From NCBI GenBank assembly GCA_963803805.1, contig CAWDOD010000009.1, positions 191,322 through 255,321 on the forward strand: DNA of 64,000 bases, given 5' to 3'. Source of the stretch: an uncultured cyanobacterium (GTDB taxonomy: Bacteria > Cyanobacteriota > Cyanobacteriia > Cyanobacteriales > CAWCAG01). The position numbers were made by a program, and so were the translations under genes. The notes under the pieces are model-generated. The model had not been told where the DNA came from. It worked only from the letters and a program-made list of their open reading frames with translations, and made no database searches. Below are positions 39,582 to 46,966 of the stretch, piece by piece (the first letter of the stretch is position 1; the number at the start of each line of letters is the position of its first letter).

Positions 39582-40829
39582 ATGGCTTCTATTGCCCGTA
39601 AAAATTTACTTGAAGATAAGCTTCGTTTCTTAGTTGCCCAGGCAGGAATTATGTTTGCTGTTAGTTTGGTGACAATTCAAACAGGTATTCTTAATGGTTT
39701 TACTCGTTCTACTGCTTTATTGATAGATCAATCTCAAGCCGATATTTGGGTAACTTCTCAAAAAATGGTTCAGCTTGAATTAACAGAAGCATTACTGTTA
39801 AGGCAAATGACCCAAGCTAAGAAAGTACAAGGAGTTGCTAAAGCAGAAGCAGTAATGATGGGGGGAACTCGTTGGGATACTACAAAAGGAGAACTTACTC
39901 CCCTTCGGGTATTTGGTTTTGATCCTGCCGGAGAGTTATTTGTGCCAGGGACAGTTTCCCAAAAAGATGTCGCTGCTTTACAACAACCTTATACAGCAAT
40001 TGTTGATGAAACCAATTTATCTGCTTTAAATATTAAGGGTAAAGGTTCTAAAGCAACGATTGCTTCTTTACCTACTCAAATAGTTGGTTTGACTAGTGAT
40101 ACTCAGTCTTTAGTTTCTAGTGCTAGTGCTTTTACTTCCTTAGAAAATGCCAATATTTACCTTAATTCTGGCTTAAGTTCCCAATTAGATTGTCAACTTA
40201 AAGCTGGGGATGTGCAATGTCAAACTATTTATAATAAATCTGAACAAAAGAATGATTCTTCTTTACAAAATAAACCCAGAAAACTAAATCTCAATGATCC
40301 TATTGCTTATATTCTGATCAAAGCTCAACCAGGTCAAGATATAGAAAAACTTATTGCTAAACTTGAGGAAACCTTACCTGGAATCAGTGCCTATACTCGC
40401 CAAGAAATGGCTGATAAAACTCGCTCTTATTGGTTGAAAAGAACAGGATTAGGATTTGTATTTGGTTTAGGGGCAATGGTAGGAATAATTGTGGGAGTGA
40501 CGGTGGTGGGACAAATTCTTTATACTTCAGTATCAGAACATCTTAAAGAATTTGCCACCATGAAAGCAATGGGTGCTTCTAATTGGGGACTTTATCAAGT
40601 GATTATTGAACAAGCTTTATGGATGGCAATCTTAGGTTATCTTCCTGGTATGTTGTTGTCTTTGGGTTTGGCTAAGTGGACAATAACTACTCAAGGTATT
40701 CTGATTCTCATTACCCCTTTGACTGCTGGTGGAATATTAGGCATCACAGTTTTTATGTGTGTTGGTTCGGCTTTGTTTGCTGTCCAAAAAGTAACGAGTA
40801 TTGATCCGGCAATTGTTTTTAAAGCGTGA
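39582..40829 (+). CDS. FtsX/MacB-like ABC transporter permease (DevC-like)
   Basis: MASIARKNL, ADIWV, QILYTSV.EHLKEFATMKAMGA, DPAIVF. Confidence 0.88.
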   Translation: MASIARKNLLEDKLRFLVAQAGIMFAVSLVTIQTGILNGFTRSTALLIDQSQADIWVTSQKMVQLELTEALLLRQMTQAKKVQGVAKAEAVMMGGTRWDTTKGELTPLRVFGFDPAGELFVPGTVSQKDVAALQQPYTAIVDETNLSALNIKGKGSKATIASLPTQIVGLTSDTQSLVSSASAFTSLENANIYLNSGLSSQLDCQLKAGDVQCQTIYNKSEQKNDSSLQNKPRKLNLNDPIAYILIKAQPGQDIEKLIAKLEETLPGISAYTRQEMADKTRSYWLKRTGLGFVFGLGAMVGIIVGVTVVGQILYTSVSEHLKEFATMKAMGASNWGLYQVIIEQALWMAILGYLPGMLLSLGLAKWTITTQGILILITPLTAGGILGITVFMCVGSALFAVQKVTSIDPAIVFKA

Positions 40830-41784
40830 TTGCTAATTGCTAATAGTTTGAGAAATATTAATCATAATCTACCCTATTGCCTTCTAAAAAGTGTTTATTA
40901 TAGTTAAATTGTTGAGACTGCTTTTAGCTATTACTATTGTTGTTCTTACCTTCCTTTATAGAATGCCTTACTGGGCAAACTGGCGAGCTGATTCTTTATT
41001 GGCAATAGTTGTAATTGGCTTAGCACTACTTATCTCCGAAATTGTCGCTTATAGGCGTAACTACACTTTAATTAGGACTATTCTAAGTTCGGCAATATTA
41101 CTGCTAACTAGTTTGAGTTTATGTGTTGTTTTAGGCATAGAAGCTAAATTTTATTTTAGTAAGCAAGCTGTATTAAATACTCCAACACCGCGATTAGAAA
41201 AATTAGGTCAACATTTTATTATCGGTTATAGAAATTTCACAGATGTCAAACAATTAGTTGAGAAAAAAGCGATTGGTGGTATTTTTTTTACTACTAGAAA
41301 TATCAAAGGCAAGACGAAAGAAGAAATTAGCCAGGAAATAAAAAGTTTACAAACTATACGCCAAAAGCAAGGTTTATCTCCTTTGTGGGTAGCAGTAGAT
41401 CAAGAAGGAGGAATTGTTTCTCGCTTGTCTCCCCCTTTAACTCTTTTGCCACCTCTAGCTAAAGTAGTAGAAGATACTCATAATCTTGCTAAGCAAAAAG
41501 CTGAAGTGATTAAATACGCCACAATTCATGGGCAAGAATTAGCTGCTTTGGGGTTTAATCTTAACTTTGCTCCTGTGGTCGATCTAAACTACGGCATAAT
41601 TAACGCTAAAGATAAATATTCTCGCATTTATCAACGGGCGATCGCTCTTGATGAAAAAATAGTTAGTCAAGTTGCTTTGTGGTACTGTCAAACCTTAGAA
41701 AAATTCCAAGTTAGTTGCACCCTCAAACATTTTCCTGGTTTAGGAAGTATCGCTGTAGATACCCATTTAAACAATGCCGAATTA

Positions 41785-42779
41785 TAGTTATTTTAATTAA
41801 GTTTGAGACAATAAGGAGGTAAAATGAAAAGAGTATATTTATAATAGCTCAACATAATGCCATACAGTCTAGATTTAAGAAAAAAGGTCATAAAATATAT
41901 AGAAGATGGTGGAAAGATTAGGGAAGCAGCAAAAGTCTTTAACATTGGAAGAGCGACAATATACAGATGGTTAGAGCGTGAGAATCTGGAAGCCACGAAG
42001 GTAGAACGCCGTCAAAGAAAACTGGATTGGAAAGCATTAGAACAAGATGTCAAAGAAAATCCAGATGCTAAACTATCGCAAAGAGCCAAGAAATTTGGGG
42101 TAAATCCAAGTGCGATCTTCTATGCTCTCAAAAAAATGAAGATAACTAGGAAAAAAAAAGAACTTCGTTATCGAGAAAGAAACAGACTTGAAAGAATTAA
42201 GTATTTAAGAGCATTAAGAGAATTAATAAAAATCTACGGAAGTGAAAGCCTAGTGTTTATTGACGAGTCAGGATTTGAGGAGATGCAGTCGGTGCATTAT
42301 GGATGGTCAAAAAGCGGTGTGACCCCGCGTCGGCGTAAGACGCAAGGGAACGCACACCAAGAAAGGCAAAAACTGTATGGAGAAAAACAAGGTAAACGAG
42401 GTAAAAGAGAGAATCTAGTAGCTGGTAGAAGAAAAAAGTCAAAAAACTTAATAGCCCCAATGTTGTTTAGAGGAAGTCTGAATGCAGAAGGATTTGAAGG
42501 ATGGTTAAGGAAGTATTTATTACCATCATTAACCATAGCGTCGGTACTAATTATGGATAATGCACCAATTCATAGGAAAAGAATGATTAGAGAGTTAGTG
42601 AAAGAAGCAGGTCATGAAGTATTATTCTTGCCGAAATATTCTCCTGACTTCAATGATATTGAGCATGATTTTAGTGCTTTAAAGAGAGGAAGAATGTATG
42701 CAGATTCTGGAACATCTGTAGATGAAATTATTCGTAACTATTGTGCAGCTTAATGTCTCATTGTTATTTAAAATAACTA
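41785..42779 (+). mobile_element. IS630-family insertion sequence with TA target duplication
   Basis: TIRs TAGTTATTTTAATTAAGTTTGAGACA / TGTCTCATTGTTATTTAAAATAACTA; TA at 41783-41784 and 42780-42781. Confidence 0.95.
41857..42753 (+). CDS. IS630-family transposase
   Basis: YSLDLRKKV HTH; DDE motifs FIDESG, MDNAPIH, PKYSPDFNDIE. Confidence 0.95.
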   Translation: MPYSLDLRKKVIKYIEDGGKIREAAKVFNIGRATIYRWLERENLEATKVERRQRKLDWKALEQDVKENPDAKLSQRAKKFGVNPSAIFYALKKMKITRKKKELRYRERNRLERIKYLRALRELIKIYGSESLVFIDESGFEEMQSVHYGWSKSGVTPRRRKTQGNAHQERQKLYGEKQGKRGKRENLVAGRRKKSKNLIAPMLFRGSLNAEGFEGWLRKYLLPSLTIASVLIMDNAPIHRKRMIRELVKEAGHEVLFLPKYSPDFNDIEHDFSALKRGRMYADSGTSVDEIIRNYCAA

Positions 42780-43231
42780 TAACAACTACCGTAGAAAAAT
42801 TAACTCAGCAAGATTGGCTTCCTTTTCGACAAGTTACCAGTAAATCTTCAGCTTTCACAATGTTAGGTCATGTAAAATTAACCGCAGTAGATTCTGAAAA
42901 TCCTGTTTCTTTTTCTAAGAAAGTAGTTAAAGGCATCATTAGACAAAAGTGGCAAAATCAAGGTATTTTAATCACCGATGATTTTAGTATGACTCCTGTT
43001 TCCCTTAGTCCTGATGGCATAGAAAATGCCACTGTTAAAGCTATCAATGGTGGTGTAGATTTAATTTTAATTTCTTTCGACCAAGATTTATTTTATCCAG
43101 CTATATTAGGCTTATTAAAAGCAGAAAAGTCAGGTGAACTAGAAAAATCAATGTTAAAAGCAAGTAATCAAAGACTAAACAAAAACAAACCAACTGAATT
43201 ATAATCTTTACCTATTACTTACATTCGGGGG

Positions 43232-44395
43232 AATAGTTCTATTTCTTTACTCGATCCTCATCAAGACTTTGCCCTTTGGGGAATATTATTATTAGCTGCA
43301 ACCATTGGTTTGTGGGCAGAAAAAACTCCCTGGGGAAGTAAAATATCTGGTGCTGTTATTACTATTGCCATTACTTTTTTGCTGTCTAATTTTAGAATTG
43401 TTCCTGCTGAGGCCCCTGCCTATCAAGTAGTATGGTCTTACTTTGTTCCTTTAGCTATTCCTCTGTTACTATTTCAAGCGAACTTAGTGCGTATTATTAG
43501 CAAAACCGGCCCTACTCTTATTGCTTATATGATTGGTGCTGTGGGAACTATTTTAGGTACAGTAGTGGCCTATTATTTGTTACCATTAGGAGATTCTGGT
43601 TGGCAATTAGCAGCAATTTTCTGTGCTACATATATTGGTGGTTCTGTTAACTTTGCTGCTACAGCAGAAACAGTAGGGTTACGCTCTGGGGACTTACTAA
43701 GTGCTGGGGTAGCTGCTGATAACTTATTGATGAGTTTGTATTTTATAATTCTGTTTGCTTTGCCATCTATTGGTTGGTTGCAACGCTTCTTTCCTAGTCA
43801 AGTTAATTATAAAATCTCCTCTTCTGTAAAATCAGATCCTACCCTTAACATAGATCGAGAAAGATTTCGATTATTAGATATTAGTGAGTCCTTAGCTATC
43901 AGTGCCATTATCTGTGCTTTAGGTTATGGCTTAGCTAATAAATTAGGCATACCTAGCAGCAAAATATTATTAATAACTGTTTTAATTTTAATTTTAGCTA
44001 CCTTATTTCCTACTTACATTGGCTCAATTAAAGGAGCAGAAAAAATCGGTGTTCTTTTAATGCAAATCTTTTTTGCTACCATAGGAGCTAGCGCTAATAT
44101 TGAAACAGTTTTGCACGTCGGACCACTTCTATTTATTTTTGCTGCCATAATCCTCATTATCCATCTGTTTGTTTTATTATTAGGAGGTCGGCTACTCAAA
44201 CTCAAGCTATCTGAATTAGCCGTAGCTTCTAATGCCAATACAGGTGGCCCTACGACTGCTGCGGCTATGGCGGCAGCTAAGAAATGGCCGAGGCTAGTGA
44301 CTCCAGCTATTTTATGCGGGACATTAGGTTACGGGACAGCAACTTTTATTGGTGTAGCTTTAGGGAAGTTTTTGAGGGGAAAGGAGTTGTTTTGA
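43232..44395 (+). CDS. DUF819-family membrane protein; true start uncertain
   Basis: PLAIPLLL, ATYIGGSVNF, ASNANTGGPTTA; the frame extends 26 codons upstream of the TTG at 43310 with family-like sequence but no canonical start. Confidence 0.8.
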   Translation, partial: NSSISLLDPHQDFALWGILLLAATIGLWAEKTPWGSKISGAVITIAITFLLSNFRIVPAEAPAYQVVWSYFVPLAIPLLLFQANLVRIISKTGPTLIAYMIGAVGTILGTVVAYYLLPLGDSGWQLAAIFCATYIGGSVNFAATAETVGLRSGDLLSAGVAADNLLMSLYFIILFALPSIGWLQRFFPSQVNYKISSSVKSDPTLNIDRERFRLLDISESLAISAIICALGYGLANKLGIPSSKILLITVLILILATLFPTYIGSIKGAEKIGVLLMQIFFATIGASANIETVLHVGPLLFIFAAIILIIHLFVLLLGGRLLKLKLSELAVASNANTGGPTTAAAMAAAKKWPRLVTPAILCGTLGYGTATFIGVALGKFLRGKELF

Positions 44396-44653
44396 TTACT
44401 AATTAAATTAATTAACTAGCAAAGTTGCGATCGCTATGTTTTGTGGCTAAATTCAGTAGAAATGTTACGAAATATAAATTCATTTTGGGGTTGTCTGGCT
44501 CTTTTTTCCTTGACAAGGTAAAATTATTTCTAATAATGGAAATATTTGCAATTTTTTGAATTAAAGCATATATTTCCCATTGTAAAATAATACCATTAAA
44601 ACAGAACAGAACCAAGAGAAAGAATATATTCTCGGTAAGACTTACTTAAGTTT

Positions 44654-45010
44654 TTAATTTTTATTAGCTAAAGCTTTCCTACGAGCAGCAGCGATCGCCT
44701 TTTGTAATTCAGTAGGTTCTAATTTGCTAGGACGGGGAGAGTATAAGATGCTATCACTCAAATTCCAACCCATTTCCCAACGAGTAAGAATTTTCAACAA
44801 GCTTGCAACATCTACTAATTCCCCAGATTGAGCAAAGGTATAGGCGTAGGAATTACTTTCCATTGATTGGCAAATGACTATAACTGGGGAGTAGTATGCA
44901 AAGACAAAATCCAAAAAACTTCTTAGCTTTTTACCAGTCAAATGGGAATGAGTGATGACGCTAGCCATTTCCTGCCAAGGACAAATTGTAAAGCTATCAG
45001 TTTTCATCAT
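44654..45010 (-). CDS. Hypothetical protein (118 aa)
   Basis: ORF overlapping the 3' end of the upstream ORF by 14 nt; contains a HIP1 site. Confidence 0.5.
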   Translation of the reverse strand: MMKTDSFTICPWQEMASVITHSHLTGKKLRSFLDFVFAYYSPVIVICQSMESNSYAYTFAQSGELVDVASLLKILTRWEMGWNLSDSILYSPRPSKLEPTELQKAIAAARRKALANKN

Positions 45011-45212
45011 TTTTCTCTGCTTCTTCTGTTTCTTGCTGATCTTTCTTATTTTGTCTTATACACTCTTCTAATCCTTTTTTCGCTTGGTTAAGGAAATAGT
45101 CTGCCAGATGATGATTACCAATTTTGTGTTGGAAACTGGCTGATTCTACGGTGTTTTTCAGGTTAGGAATGAGAAAATCTCTAAAATAAGATTCGTCTTG
45201 ATTATTAGGCAT
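44997..45212 (-). CDS. Hypothetical protein (71 aa, acidic tail)
   Basis: ATG-start ORF, apparently coupled to the downstream ORF. Confidence 0.5.
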   Translation of the reverse strand: MPNNQDESYFRDFLIPNLKNTVESASFQHKIGNHHLADYFLNQAKKGLEECIRQNKKDQQETEEAEKNDEN

Positions 45213-45292
45213 GGTAGCTTTGCTTTCTTAAAATGCCTGATTATGAAAATTTAAAAACTAAATTACTCTTAGTGGGCTTAATTTGGCTTTTT

Positions 45293-45357
45293 GTAGGGTA
45301 GGCAAAACCAAATAGTACAACAAGCATTAAAAATTTATCTATATTTGCCCACCTTAC
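45293..45357. repeat. GTAG-type REP-like imperfect palindrome
   Basis: GTAGGGTAGGCAAA...TTTGCCCACCTTAC. Confidence 0.7.
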
Positions 45358-45984
45358 TTACGGAGATCGCGTTACTTGAGCAGATTGAAAAATCTCTCTA
45401 GCAGTCAGTTTTAATTCTGGGAATGATTTTAATTGAACAACCATATCACCTCTAAACAACAAGCTTTTATATTCCCCATCTTCCAATTGACAAACCGTAA
45501 TAGTAGGTAACTTGGGATTGCCGATAAACTTTTTACCACCCAATCCTAAATAATCAACAATCAGGTATTCTGGGATACCTATATTCTCATACTCTTCAAA
45601 CTTCAAAGCATAATCATCACTCCAATTAGTGCTAACTACTTCCACTACTATTGGTATTGATTCACCTTGAGAAACTATTGATTGCTTTTCATACAAAGGT
45701 TCATTTTGTAAATTACGTCTATCTAATACCAGAACATCCGGTAAATAGGCAGAATCTTGAGCATCAGGTTTTACTAATACTTTTGAAGCAATGAAATAGG
45801 GTAAATTTAGGCGATCAAACTCCACAGTTATTTTTCTTGCCAAAAATCCCACAACATTTTCATGTTTACCAAGAGGTTGAGCCACTTCGACAATCACCCC
45901 ACTATGTAACTCATAATGCTTGTTTTCTGGTTTCCAGTTGACAAACTCTTCAAACGTTAAGGTTTTGTTTATTGTTTGAATCAT
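45358..45984 (-). CDS. Uma2/DUF820 PD-(D/E)xK endonuclease-like protein
   Basis: LTFEEF..W, YEL..G, PDVLV, VVEVVSTNW.DDY..K..EY...GIPEY. Confidence 0.9.
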   Translation of the reverse strand: MIQTINKTLTFEEFVNWKPENKHYELHSGVIVEVAQPLGKHENVVGFLARKITVEFDRLNLPYFIASKVLVKPDAQDSAYLPDVLVLDRRNLQNEPLYEKQSIVSQGESIPIVVEVVSTNWSDDYALKFEEYENIGIPEYLIVDYLGLGGKKFIGNPKLPTITVCQLEDGEYKSLLFRGDMVVQLKSFPELKLTAREIFQSAQVTRSP

Positions 45985-46014
45985 ATGAAATCCACATAAT
46001 CAGAAACTTATTAC

Positions 46015-46075
46015 TTAGGGCGACTCAATAAAAACAACAATTTTTTCCAATACCCTGAAAACGGGTCGCCCCTAC
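46015..46075. repeat. GTAG-type REP-like imperfect palindrome within TTACTTA heptamers
   Basis: TTAGGGCGACTC...GGGTCGCCCCTAC. Confidence 0.65.
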
Positions 46076-46375
46076 TTATTACTTATTACTTTTACCCTAC
46101 TCATCCATAACCCGTAACCGAACTAGTGTTATGTCCAGTTAAGATCAAGGAATAGGGAAGGAGAAAGTAAGCTAGACAAAAGTAACGAAAGAAAATAGCT
46201 AAACTCCAATGCCAAAAAATAGGAGTTTGGTGGGCAAAAATAATAGATTTTTCTGTTAAGCTGACAAATGATCGCAGCAGTACTTAAAGGTTTCGTAAAT
46301 AAACAAGATAGTTAGGGATTACACTTGGATATGATTTTAACAAACAGAAAAATCAAGGTTCCCTGAGATTTAACC

Positions 46376-46948
46376 ATGACTCCTCTAACCTTAAACCTAG
46401 ATACCGTTAACCTCACAGACGACCAATTTTACCAAATCTGTCAAAGCAACCGCGAGTTACAATTTGAACGCACTCCTCAAAGAGAATTGATTATTATGAC
46501 CCCTGTTGGTGGCGATAGCGGCAACCAAGAAGCGGATCTTATTGCTGACTTAGTAATTTGGAATCGGCAAACCCGCTTAGGCTATACCTTTAGTTCCTCA
46601 ACTATCTTCAAATTACCTAACGGTGCAGATCGTAGCCCTGATGCTGCTTGGATCAGGCGCGATCGCTGGGAAGCCCTTACCCCAGAACAACGCCGCAAAT
46701 TTCCTCCCATTGCACCAGACTTTGTGATTGAATTGCGTTCTGCTAGCGATCGCCTCGAACCTCTGCGGGCTAAGATGCGAGAATATATAGAAGCAGGAGT
46801 CCAATTAGGCTGGTTAATTAATCCTCAGCAACAGCAAGTGGAAATATATCGCTTCGGCACAGCAGTAGAAATTAGGAATTTACCTACGGAGTTGGGGGGC
46901 GAAGAATGTTTACCAGGTTTTCATTTGCATTTATCTTTATATCCTTGA
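46376..46948 (+). CDS. Uma2/DUF820 endonuclease-like protein
   Basis: RSPDAAWI, PDFVIELRS.SD, KM.EY...GV.LGWLI. Confidence 0.92.
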   Translation: MTPLTLNLDTVNLTDDQFYQICQSNRELQFERTPQRELIIMTPVGGDSGNQEADLIADLVIWNRQTRLGYTFSSSTIFKLPNGADRSPDAAWIRRDRWEALTPEQRRKFPPIAPDFVIELRSASDRLEPLRAKMREYIEAGVQLGWLINPQQQQVEIYRFGTAVEIRNLPTELGGEECLPGFHLHLSLYP

Positions 46949-46966
46949 GAAAATCAAGATAAAATT

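Larger units (their letters stand above)
40891..43204 (+). pseudogene. GH3 beta-N-acetylhexosaminidase (NagZ-like, membrane-anchored), disrupted by IS630
   Basis: VDQEGG.VSRL, NFAPVVD, KHFPG.G...DTH before the IS; DWLPF, M.GH, ITDD after it; removing the IS and one TA restores a 438-aa frame (AEL|TTTVEK). Confidence 0.9.

Noticed and set aside
42722..43204. 160-aa ORF as an independent gene
   Set aside because: It is the 3' half of the IS-disrupted GH3 gene with an IS-derived start
46125..46337. Possible degenerate MITE between the two Uma2 genes (GTTATGTCCAG...CTTGGATATGAT)
   Set aside because: Terminal match is short and imperfect, with no second copy in the window
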